Part shown: piece by piece, positions 38,589 to 51,094 of the stretch
Layout: every line of letters begins with the position of its first letter
Numbering within the stretch: the first letter of the stretch is position 1
Origin: Octopus vulgaris
Taxonomy: Eukaryota
Length of the DNA: 64,000 nt
NCBI GenBank assembly: GCA_951406725.2
Contig: OX597814.1
Span: forward strand, 44,144,001 to 44,208,000
Reading direction: 5' to 3'
The notes under the pieces: generated by a model
Told to the model about the DNA's origin: nothing
Database searches by the model: none
What the model saw: only the letters and a program-made list of their open reading frames with translations
Made by a program: the position numbers and the translations under genes

Positions 38589-38794
38589 GCGAGCTGGCAG
38601 AATCGTTAGCACGCTGGGCGAAATGCTTAGCGGCATTTCGTCTGCCGTTACGTTGTGAGTTCAAATTCTGTCGAGGCCGACTTAGCCATTCATTCTTTCG
38701 GGGTCGATAAATTAAGTACCAGTTGCGAACTGGGGTCGATCTAATCGACTGGACCCCTCCCCCAAAATTTCGGGCCTTGTGCCTAAAGCAGAAG
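38589..38794 (+). mobile_element. SINE-B (tail type 1)
   Basis: GCGAGCTGGCAGAATCGTTAGCACG head; tail CCCCAAAATTTCGGGCCTTGTGCCTA. Confidence 0.9.
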
Positions 38795-39940
38795 CATGTA
38801 TTTTGTTACCTTATTTACAAGATGTTGCAAAATGAGATGTAACGCAACTGAAATTAATTGCGTTTATCTTGTGTCTCACAACGGCATAAAATTATACTTC
38901 AGAAGAGGGCAAATCAGGTTATTGCAAATAGAACGTTGCGCATTTGATGGACAGATTTACAAGCGATCCATGTCCGCATTGTAAGGTTTAAGAGTTTGGA
39001 CTCATTTTATAATTGGTATAATGTCAATGATACCAAAGAAAAATATCTGTTGAATTCTGTTTGAAGTCAAAAGCAAAATAATCGTTAACTGAATAATATT
39101 TTCATTTGGATGGAATTATGTTTTATTGCAAAGGGCAGACGTATATTGTTATTTACAAATGTTTCCAGTAATTTTTTTCTGTAACGGTTTTATTTTAACA
39201 CATCCATAATTTGAAATAGGATTTGTAAAGTATTTCAGGATTTTGCTATTCGTTCCCTGAATTTATTTTCTTTTAACCGATGAATTGTGTAGGCGGATAT
39301 GGATGTACTCAAGAGCACCTAATTCTCCCCCTGCCTATCACTAATTTCCTTTTACTAAAGGAGTGTACCGCTAAAATCATAGGTTTTGCAATAGCATTTG
39401 TGTAACTGGCTAAGATATGTGCTAACATAATTTTCGCCTGACGTATCATACTGAAATTCTCCACTGAAAATTGATACGTGGGGAAAGGGTTGGGTTCATG
39501 TTGACCAGACGTGGTCAAGTTAGTCATTCACGGGTCAGATGTGGGATTGATGTACATTAGAAAATAATAGCATTTTTACAAAGCAACAACACGCAGTATG
39601 TAAACATAGAAAAACATCAAATAAATTTACAAGCGCAGACCTTAAACTATTGATATATATAATAGAAATCCCGTTTGTGAGGTGTATTACATTTAGAATA
39701 AAAGATCTCGCCCTAAAACAGATTCAAATTCGAGACTTAGATATACATATTTAGTATCTCCAAATAATTAGGAAGTATAGTATAGTCCTACACGAACGAC
39801 TTTCAATTTACTAAGTTATAGATGAGACATTAATGCACCCGAATTTTTTCAGGACTCATATATTAAATATCTGTTGAGTGACCAGAAGATGTGTTACATG
39901 AAACATTTTACTCCCTCAGGGAGTATCAATAAAAAAAATT

Positions 39941-40090
39941 ATACTCTAAGCACAAGGCTCGAAATTTGGTGGGAAGGGCCTGTCGATTAGATCGACCCCA
40001 GTAAGCAACTGGTACATAATTTATAGAGCCCGAAAGGATGAAAGGCAAAGTCGAAATTTGAACTCAGATCGTAAAAACAGACGTAATACC
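39941..40090 (-). mobile_element. SINE-B, 5'-truncated (tail type 1)
   Basis: Reverse complement of the SINE-B body and tail. Confidence 0.85.
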
Positions 40091-41444
40091 ACTCACAGCT
40101 TTAATAAACAAAATATTTAAAAAATATTATTTTATTCTGACATGTTCTTTACTGCTGAGATATTCTTTAATTCTTTATATGGATGGTCTTTATCTAAAGC
40201 TTCCTCTGTATTGTTGACATTTAGCTTGCATTTGTTAAGAGGGATAATAAGGATAACTTTAATATCATATATTCCAAGTCGTTGGTTGCATAATCCAGAA
40301 GCGTATTATTTTTACGGTTGATCTAACAATTATAGAGATAGACAGACAGACAGACAGACTGAGATAGAGAGGAAATGATGGAGAAAGGACATTTGTATAT
40401 TATAGAATGTTCATTTCCACCGAATTGGTGTTTTAAATTTGGATGCTATGTTTGTGCATTTAAAGTTTTCAAATCATATTTTGCTCTTGTATTCTGGCTC
40501 ATTTTGAAAGATTTTAGTATCATTTCCCAAACTTTTGTCGTTAAATGTTTGTGGTTGCATCCTGTACCTCCTCTAGTAGAAACGCAACTTTTAGCTCTAT
40601 TTTCCTCTGCTTTCTTTTAAGGATGGAAAAAATGTCGATATTATATTTACCTTCGAGGTTCATGGTTTGTTCTGTTGAACTGTATGTACAAGAATAAATT
40701 TCTATTGATTTAGATTAAAAATCTAATAACATAAGTCATCTGTTAGGTACTATGTTCCCAGTAATTTTACCAAATTCTTCTCCCTATCTTGTGTATATGA
40801 TCCACTCCTTGCCACATATTTTGTCTACGTCTTGAAAGTCTAGCTCCAATTAGCCATCACTCTAATCACTAGGCGCAGCATAAATTTCAATGAATGGTGA
40901 CTAGCTTAGCTGATAGAATATAAATTTCGTAATTATACAAAATTACAGTAATCAAAAGAAGTAACTCAGTACTTTTGTTATTATTTTATGTGACATAAGC
41001 ATAAGGGTATATCATTACATGACGATTTAAGTGATTATAGAAAGAACACTCGAAAATTATGATAGCGTATATTAGATTATCCTCAATGAACTTGAAAAAA
41101 GAACATGAATCTAAACGTTGCAAACTAAAATTGACAATGCAAAATTCAGTTCAGCTGAACACTTCTAAAGTAACACGCACATGCAGTACATATTGAATTT
41201 GCGGTTGATATGTCACTATCATAATGCCTCCAAGTGATTATCAAAAAGTAATAAATTTATTTAATCAACTGAGACAGGAAAACGCTTAAGACAGTAATCC
41301 AAATGATTGCTCCTTCTTGTAGAGGTTTAAAAAGTTGGAGCAGTAATCTCTGTAAGGTATGTATTATTTTTGTGAAATTATTATTTTCTTCAAAGGGCAT
41401 TTTCTCCAGCTTTGGGGACACTTTTGGCCTACACTATTTTGAAT

Positions 41445-41511
<67 letters not shown>

Positions 41512-44500
41512 TCCTTCCTTTCTCCATAAGTTTGTATCTGGTGAAAACATGGACAATTTTCACTTGGCGAATTGGAGGACACCACCCTCTCCAGAGCAGT
41601 TCTATCGCAGACTTTGGGCCCATCTCCGTTGATTTATTCTACAACTAGCGTAACTGTCAAAAGGGCACTAAATATATTTTCCTTGTTTCTTTTCTCTTTT
41701 CTTTTCCTCTCCTTTTCATCCATCCACCTTTTGAATTCTCTCGTTCTAGTATACTGATTTGTAAATTATTTTGGCCATGTGCTCAGAAGCCAATAACTGC
41801 TTGGAGACACAAGGCGTTTTAAAAAGTTCCCTAGACTACAATTTGCAATGCAAGAAAATAATGATAATTCGTAACTGTAAACTGTATACATTTAAATTAT
41901 ACACATGTATGTGTGTGAGTATGTGTGTGTGTGTTTGTGTGTGGGTAAATGTGTGTGTGTGTGTGTGTGTATGTGTGTGATCGAGTGTGAACGTCGTCAA
42001 TTTCATGTATTTCTCAATAATTAAAAAGAACTTACCGAATTAGTAACACTGCATGGGCATTAGCGTATTGCCAAAACTGAAAAAAAATATTATAAAATAA
42101 TATCTTTTGTAATAGGATTAAATTTACCATGATTCCATTAAAATGATGACATGATAACACTTTACTTCTTTTAAAACTAATTTTTCTAGTATGTTATAGA
42201 ATGACAACATATGTGGTTCTTTTTCAAGATATGAAAGAGTGCTTATATGCTTTGAAACTATTCGTTGCCTTACTGAAATATACATAAATATAAATTTAAA
42301 TTGGGATATATGATACTGATATTTCCAGTGACATATGCGTACTCGGGGATTGTATAGATTTTATCTTTAATAAGCAACTGTATCATCTTGATGTTATTTA
42401 ATAATTTCTAGTATTATTAAAATGTAATAGCATTTACATAAACGCATGAAAATAATTCTTCTCCCAGCGAGTATATAAAACTGCGCGCGTGAAGTGGCAT
42501 CTAAACAAACTATCAGCGATTTTAACATTTATAATAATAATCGTAATGTAAAATATTCCAATGCCACTGTATCTTTCATTTGGTCTTTTAATGTGAGTAG
42601 TAACTGCTTCGATGTTTCATCAAGTTGAGTCGTAAGAATCCAGGCCACATACAATTTTCAGGAATATAGATAATGTCAAATAATGATTGAAAATGCATAA
42701 CTTAATACCAAATTTGAGAGTATTGCGGATTTGATTCCCATATTTCACATTTTGAATGTTGTAGTAAGGCAGCTTGTCTTTTCTCATTCCTGTAGATGTT
42801 GTTTTCTTTTCCGATAAGGACGAAGAGCGGTCCATGAGTATTTGTGTATTTATGTGTAGAGGGAACAGATCGAATGCATGATACCAGAAAAGATCCCTAC
42901 TTCAGATAGACAAATGTTTAAATTCTAAAACTAAGTCTCAATTATTTAGATGATATATATAACAAACTATTTGTAGTACGGTGGTATGATATATAGCGGC
43001 TAGCTGAAAGACGTTGCCATGCAATGAATACTTTAGTTTGAAAGAAATTAGGAAGGTAAACTGAAAATTGAAAATTCGGCAAACACACGACAAAGGAAAA
43101 CATAACGCGAAAGGAAAATATTCATCGATAAAATTCAAATGGTATCACTTGAAGATGATGGTAATGCAGAGAAAACGTAACGTACTAAGAGAGTACGGAA
43201 CACCACAACAAAAGTGCAATAGTGCATTGGCGTCAAGAATTAAGAGATGCAGATTGAAATGACAATCCATCATACAATGGCAAAATTCCTATTCGTCAGC
43301 GCGAACGTATCGTAATTTTTCTCTTACTCTTGTTTTTTATATCAGACGTAAATTGCAGGTCTCTAATCAATCACCACGTTAAATTGTTTGCTTTTCGAAA
43401 AAAACTTTCGCCACTTTTTGACAGACTCGGTCAAAGTGTAGACGTCTATTTCTATTACACAATGGTTTTTTCTTGCCAGAATTTACTGACCATGTAAAGA
43501 ATGTTATAGGTATAATAAATCGGTTCAGCCCAGTAGCTCTGATTACGGTATTCAAGTCATTCTTTTCAATGATAAACATTGCATACCAGTCTATTTAACT
43601 TTCAGATATCCCCTAATAAGTGTTTCCCAGTAGTTGATTTCCATTACAGCTTCCTCTTAGAACGGAATATGAGCTTCATTAAATGATTTATTCTTTCAGA
43701 AAAGCGAATAATAAATAGGAAATGATAAGCGAATTAGCACGTCGTATCAGACAAATATTGTTAATTTAAGTGGAGTTAAACAGGAGTCGTCAGGATGCAA
43801 TTCGTTATGGCTAATTTGATAAACGATACCATTGAGCGATTTAAATGAAAATGTATATTTATGGTCATTCATCGGCGTATTAAAATTACGAGTAAATTTT
43901 AAGACTTTGGATACAGATTTTATGTTCGTTTTTCGTCTTACTATATATTGTGGCTTCATTTAAATAGACATACAAGCCCTGCCTATTCCTTTTCCCGAAT
44001 GCTGTTGTCTGTATTTCATTAAAAACACTCTATGCCTTTTATAGGAATGAATCTGGGGCGCTTAAGTGAAACATTTGACCGCCTGTTTCGAAAATAGTAA
44101 ATACTTTATCATCGTAACACGAAGTAATCACACTGATGCACGCAACACAGTGAAATCGATAGTAAGAAGATATTTTAAGCTCAGTAGATGTCTCTGAAAA
44201 AAAAATATATATATTAACTTCATTGCATTGTATTTCTACACTCGCAAAGGGAAAAAAAAAACATCACAAAAGACAGAAAATGCTTAATAATGTGTGGGGC
44301 ATCAGGACTAGTCTATACTGGAAGTATTTTTAAAGTAATAGTAGATATGAAATATTGACAGTTGAAATATTACTAAACTAAATTGGAATGTGAATAAGTC
44401 AAGATGAAAATAATTTGAAATCAAGTTGTAATTTCCAAAAAGTTCCACTGCGATCTATTTTGAGAATTTCGAAAGACGAGGCTACAAATATATTTATAGT

Positions 44501-45983
44501 AATATTAGCATGTGATAACGGAAGCTCTCTCATAAATATATTATGGTATTGTTTTCATAAATTACTGCGCAATGTCTAAATGCCCGTTTAACGAAGAGGA
44601 ATAATTTAGTAGATTAGATTAATTATCTCATAGTAGTTGTGAATAGTTGCAAGGATAGCAGTCACCAAACACAGCATTATTCCTTCCAAAAGAGTGAGTG
44701 GGTATAAGACAGCTAAAGAACACGGAGAGCGTGTATGCGATACGTTACTAAAGATAATGCTTCCTTGGTGATGAATTTATCTAGAAATGCAAAAGAAGAA
44801 ATGTAATGCATGTTTGCAAAAAAGAGATAAATGTCCGCGTATGAAAAAATAAATGGTAAAAGTTTTAACCGACACACAACCATATAGGTTACCTGCCCAG
44901 AACAAGGTATACAGAAATTTGTGGTTAGCCTTTAAGCGAGAATCGGACTTGGAGATTGACAATGCTGATGATGTATACACATGCCAATAAATTGGTAACC
45001 GTGAACTTCGATCTCAGTAATGCCAAAATCAGAACAAAATATATTAGCATCGCTTTCACTTATTAGGTTGCTTTCAACTTCGGGCAACAGCAGGACCGTG
45101 GAGGTAATTAGTGATTAGTTTGATTGACTGAGATTCGTGTAGATTTCTATGTTTTGATAACTTGACAACCCACCCACTCGATGAGTAAAATATTATCCCA
45201 GATGTGGATAGCACAGGTGTTGTTAGCACTTTTAGTAGCTACACCTGAAATAATTAGAATATTACTTTTAGTATGTTTGTACAAGCGGCCCTGAGGACCG
45301 TCTGAAAATTTAAGTGACCTCTTCATCAAGCACAACACCAATCGCCAGAGTTGAAGTACAAACCCCATGTGTTGGAATAAACCATGGGGATAGATAGAAA
45401 TTTGTTTATGTCAGTAAAAAAAAAAAGGGATTATTGCAATAAACAAAAATGAACCCAGCAAAAGGAAGGCAAGAAGCTGAAATGTTCTCACAGGAAGTTG
45501 CGAACATACGCATAGTGCATGAAATTTATGGTGAACTCAAAAGTGAAAATTAAGAAACATGTATTCGTGATTATCCAGGCAACACAGAAATCGAATATGG
45601 CTAAAATAAAATTGGGTATTAGAGTAAAATGCGCCCCGAAAGAATAGATGTTTGATAAACAACATATCAGGAGTCAATCGATAGCTGAGATATCACGGGT
45701 TACAGGTTGTGAGTCTTTCACGGTGGAATGAGGCATAAAATAGTCATAGACACATTCAATGGAACCAGTTTCGGAATGCTTGTAACCCACGCTCCGTGGG
45801 AGGTTTTACCGTTGAGTAGGTGGATTCCGTTACGTTTGCTTTTTCTAGCAATGTTATAACCACTTTTCCTATATCGTGCTACATCTATGCCATTTAGCCT
45901 GTTCATTTGGAATAGACAATTCTTTTGAACATCCTTTGAAATATTAGGTTATAAACTTGTATTTTCTCAATAAAGAGGTATTA

Positions 45984-45984
<1 letters not shown>

Positions 45985-46034
<50 letters not shown>

Positions 46035-46154
46035 CAATTCTAATTCTAATACTATTATTATTACTATTACTAGTAGTAGTAGTACTACTACTACTATTAC
46101 TACTACGACAATTACTATTATAATGGATGTAGTAGTAGTAGTAGTAGTAGTAGT

Positions 46155-46225
<71 letters not shown>

Positions 46226-46242
46226 CAGTTGTTGTTGTTGTG
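45985..46242. repeat. (CTA)n / (TAG)n / (CAG)n compound trinucleotide tract
   Basis: Direct reading. Confidence 0.95.
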
Positions 46243-46609
46243 GTAGAAGTAAAATTAATACTATGTAGATGTTTCCTTGATGTGTTTTAAAATTGTTATT
46301 GAGACTCGTTCCGTGTGTCCTCCAGCATAAATAAGATGCTCAAGTGTTTCGTTTCATACAAGTTTATTGGAAAGACTAAGTGTATCGATGTATAGACAAG
46401 GTGGCACCGACTAATTAATAACGATTATCAAATATACAGGGAAGACGTTTTTTTTTTTCTTTCTATCGCATTTTTAATTCAACTATCATATCTGTCCTAA
46501 GGCCATGATCTAGATGTACTGTTTCTCAACATGTTTATTTACTTTATATGTCTTTTAATGATACTGCAACCTTCCTGGTGCTTTCTATGCTGCTGTCGTT
46601 GCTGTTGCA

Positions 46610-46648
46610 GGTGGTGGTGGTGGTGACAATGTTGACGATGGTGGTGAC

Positions 46649-46742
<94 letters not shown>

Positions 46743-46915
46743 GTGGTGGTGATGATGGTGATGATGATGGTGGTGAGGAGGATGAGAAGGATGAGGAGGA
46801 TGAGAAGGATGAGGAGGATGATGATGGGGTTGATGATGGAGGTGATGCTGATGATGATGATGGATGATGATGATGATGATGATGAGGAGGAGGAGGAGGA
46901 GGAGGAGGAGGATGG

Positions 46916-46946
<31 letters not shown>

Positions 46947-47045
46947 GAGGGCACTGCTACTGCAGCTGGTACTAGCATTGTCACTGAAGCTACAGTCGGT
47001 GATTATGATGACGACAACCACGATGACGACGACGACGACCATGTT
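46610..47045. repeat. (GAT/GGT/GAG/GAC)n compound trinucleotide tract
   Basis: Direct reading; produces the poly-M/D/H/I ORFs. Confidence 0.95.
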
Positions 47046-47297
47046 GATCATGAGGAAAAGTATTTAGTAGCAGCGGCGGTCGGGGTAGTAGTGTGTACAG
47101 TCTTCGTCATTCCGATGCGATTATTTGTAATGAAATTATGGTTGCTAACAGGATGACATTTCTATGATATTTTTTCTATTATTTAAGATATTCCATGACT
47201 TCACGGTGAGCTACCAAACAGTTTCGTTCACATGAGGCAGTCTCTCTTTGATTTCTATCATTACTATCTTTGTTGCTGTACATTTGATATAACTCTT

Positions 47298-47316
47298 TAT
47301 TATTATTATTATTATA

Positions 47317-47411
<95 letters not shown>

Positions 47412-47422
47412 CATTATTATTA
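47298..47422. repeat. (TAT)n microsatellite
   Basis: Direct reading. Confidence 0.97.
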
Positions 47423-47430
47423 TAAAATAT

Positions 47431-47466
<36 letters not shown>

Positions 47467-47494
47467 CAGCAAAAACATTATATATATGTATGTG

Positions 47495-47531
<37 letters not shown>

Positions 47532-47532
47532 G

Positions 47533-47583
<51 letters not shown>

Positions 47584-47811
47584 TATATACACATACGTAG
47601 ATACAAGCACACACACCTATGTGTGTGTGTGTGTACAGAATTATGTTCGGCTTCTCTACTCTTTCGTGACTCGGTATGACGTTGATTAATCGATGTAATT
47701 CTTGTTGCAGCCTTCCTGCCCACGGCGGGTAACTCTGGATCAGTCGAGGGCTGCTGGCGTGGGCTGTATAATCCTAGCTATATATGTATTATATATATTA
47801 TGTGAACCCAC

Positions 47812-47847
<36 letters not shown>

Positions 47848-47849
47848 CC

Positions 47850-48222
47850 TTTATTCTTTTATACATTTCAGTCACTCGGCTGCGGCCATGCTGGAGCACA
47901 GCCTTTAGTCGAACAAATAGACCTCAGAACTTATTCTTTGTAAGCCTAGTACTTATCCTATCGGTCTCGTGTTTGACGAACCACTAAGTTACGGGGACGT
48001 AAACACACCAACATCGGTTGTCAAGCGATGGTTGAGGAAAAAACACAAACGTAAACACACACATACACACAGACACACACACGCATGCACGCACACATAT
48101 ACGACGGGCTCTTCCAGTTTCCGCCTACCAAGTCCACTCACAAGGCTTTGGCCGGCCTGAATTTATACATTAAGGTGCCGCGCAGTGGGACTGAACCCGG
48201 AGCCATGTGATTGGTAGTCAAG
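47850..48222 (-). mobile_element. SINE-A, diverged near-full copy
   Basis: Tail, body, internal (CA)n and GGGACTGAACCCGG B-box region all present. Confidence 0.87.
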
Positions 48223-48230
48223 TGTGTGTG

Positions 48231-48430
48231 TTCTTTCACTAGTCATCAGGCTGCAACTATGCTGAGCGACGCCTTGAAGAATTTTTGTGGAATGACCTGA
48301 CTCCAGTACTCATTATTTTTTTCAAGTCTGGTAATTCTTATATCGGTATCTTTTGACGAAATGCTACCCTACGTGCACGTAAAGACACCAGCACTGGTTG
48401 CCAAGCGGTGGATGTGGACAAAATCAAACA

Positions 48431-48488
<58 letters not shown>

Positions 48489-48492
48489 TACA

Positions 48493-48528
<36 letters not shown>

Positions 48529-49075
48529 TATTTCTGTCTTTCTTCTCCTGGCCTCCTTCAAGTAGAGACGGTAAAATCTGTTGCGCTCTGCCGTTCTAAA
48601 ACAATAGCGTTCGTAAAAAATTGTTATCTCGTTTGGTTTAACAGCCCTTCTTGTTTGTGTTACTGTTATTCTCCGTGTCCTGTTTTTTACTGTTTATATT
48701 TTCTACTGTCGTTACTGTCCTGTTTTTGTTACCATATTTACCCCTCCGCAAAAAAAATCTCAAATTTTATTTAATTTGATTTTCGCGGGAAGGACATTTT
48801 CATCGAAGTCATGTATCGCCTTGACCTTCGAAACGTGGAGTAGATGAAATTAAGGCGACTGAAGAAGGGGAATTTTCCTTGTTTTGTATGTCCTGTACAA
48901 CTTTTCGTTGTTTTAAAAAGATGTCCATTTTCTTGGTTTTTTGTTTATGTTTTCGTTTCTCATTGTGTTCGACGTTTTTTGGTGTCCTGTACCCATATAT
49001 GCATGTATACATACATGTAGAGGTAGGTACGTACATATATGTATGTATATATGCATATGTTTTATTTATTTATTA

Positions 49076-49126
<51 letters not shown>

Positions 49127-49270
49127 CATACATACGATCATCTTCTTTCAGTTTCCATCCACTAAATCCACTAACAAGGCTTTGCTGGATCTGAGGCTAT
49201 AGTGAAATGCACTTGCCGAAGGTCCCTGGCAGTGGTATTGAACCCGGAACGCTGTGGTTGGAAAGAGGTA
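48231..49270 (-). mobile_element. older SINE-A split at its microsatellite by a ~550-bp insertion
   Basis: 3' half at 48231-48480 and 5' half at 49131-49270, colinear on minus. Confidence 0.75.
48525..49075 (+). mobile_element. putative Penelope terminal-repeat-type insertion
   Basis: 48815-49010 shares CGAAAYGTGRAGTAGAT..ACTGAWGAAG..GTCCTGTACCCATATATGCA with the inverted piece at 21541-21668 that adjoins a Penelope ORF relic. Confidence 0.55.
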
Positions 49271-50576
49271 TATAGCTTCTCTCTTCCTACTACTGAAGGT
49301 ACAAATAGTCTTGATCAATCGGGGTTGTAAAAAAACAAATCCCGAAGCGAATACATACATGCAGACATACATATATTAACGTATCTATTCCATCTCAATC
49401 GCAGATTTTTTTTAATTAATTTTTTTTTCACTAAACAATTTGCAACTTCGAATACTGATAGAATTTCTCAAGTAGCGCACGGTTTACAAGAAACGTTTTT
49501 GACCAAATTTCGTATTTTAGAAGTTATTTGGTATTTTAGTTGTCGTATTTGGGTAATTTGAACCAATCACCGACGTGTATTCGGTTGAAGAATGCTACTG
49601 CTGTTTGCGATAGTAATCGAAGAGGAACAACTTCTGGGTGGTCTCTACTAAATGTCACCACGAATCCGCAGCTAGCTTTTTTCTTTTGTTGATGCCGTAT
49701 ATATAGTTTCAAAATGCCTTACTTTATAACTATGAGATGTATTGTTGTTATGATTTTATCTTACTATAATCAACAACAAACACATTTTGTCAATATGAAA
49801 GTCTTTATTAGATTAAAAACAAAAAGCATTATCAAAACATGCAGGTAAAACAAAACAAGTACCGGCTTATAAACTGGAAAATATGGTAATTGTAGAGGCA
49901 GTGACAAGTTCGCTCGCCGGATGCTAGTTGATAGTGTAGAAGGGAGGAAAAGAGTAAGGAATGCACGGTGATGACTAGAAAGGAAGAAAGGATAAAGGTG
50001 GCAGCGTCTACGCACAACATGCGAATACATATTTTTCACATTTGTCGCATATTTTTCACATTTTTCACATATTTTTCACATTATCATGAGAAATACAAGT
50101 TAACATATGACTGTGTGGAGCATTTGAGTGATCCCCGTAAATTCAACTGACCAGGAAATTCAGGAGAACGACATGAATAGATGTATTTTATATTTAGTTC
50201 ACAGGCATATACAGAGTAAATAGCTCAAACAAGGACAATCCTTTTTTTCGAAAATGGCTTGAAAGTCATAAACACGCCGACGGGAAATAACATCCTTAGG
50301 TGAGACAAGCTGACTGAATCAGCTTCGATGACTGACAGGTGACGGTCGTTTAGAAAATGCGCGGGCTAAAACTACGCGTCTTCACTAGTCAGTTAAGGTG
50401 AGACAGTTTCACGTGACAACTTGCTGGGGCTGCCTGCTGGAGTCTTTACAGCAGGTATTTAAAGGGAGAAATTTGACCAGACAGTCAGTCACTGGCTGAC
50501 ACTCGCTGGCGATACATCGAAGAGGCCAGGGAACAGAAGAAAGAAGAAGAAAGAAGACATGCACCCAACACCAGAG

Positions 50577-50735
50577 CTGAAGACACCTCCGAAAGTGGGA
50601 GCCCCGCCTCGTCAAAACGGTAGAGGAGTAGGAGCCGAAACCGAACGTGGTTCCTTCTGATGATGTCTTGAGCTAACTGGATTCTATAAAGGAGCTGTTG
50701 TGGTAGCAGACCACGAAACACGGTTGTAATTCCGC
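50577..50735 (+). ncRNA. two tandem hammerhead-like motifs downstream of a TATA-like box
   Basis: CTGAAGA(50577)..CTCC/GGAG..CGAAACC-gaacgt-GGTT and CTGATGA(50657)..GTCT/AGAC..CGAAACA-cggt-TGTA; TATTTAAA at 50456; stems I imperfect. Confidence 0.45.
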
Positions 50736-51094
50736 CACTATTTGTAGGCATACGCACATATACGCATATATCATTTTATGACTCTCTCCCCGTGCTCATT
50801 GTACATGTGTGTGTGTATTTACACAAGCACACGTACGCATATGCACGCGCGCGCACACACACATACACAGGTATATATCAATCTATGCGTCTACAGCGTT
50901 ATGATTTTGCTTTGCGTCGACTTGTATTCGACTACATTTAAAGTGCATGTCATCTTACGCAAGCATTTTCTACTATTGCTCCGAGCAGAGCGATGACGTA
51001 TAAAATTACACATTGTAGCGTTAAGCTACATTAAAGCCACTTGTACACATGCGTATTTATATGTAGGTCTCTTCCATATTTAATCATTTAAAAT

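Noticed and set aside
47706-47766. Twister or HDV-like ribozyme call
   Set aside because: TAAC..GAGGG and a 7-bp G-started helix are present, but P4/L4 (twister) and P3/L3/J4-2 (HDV) elements are absent or wrongly spaced.
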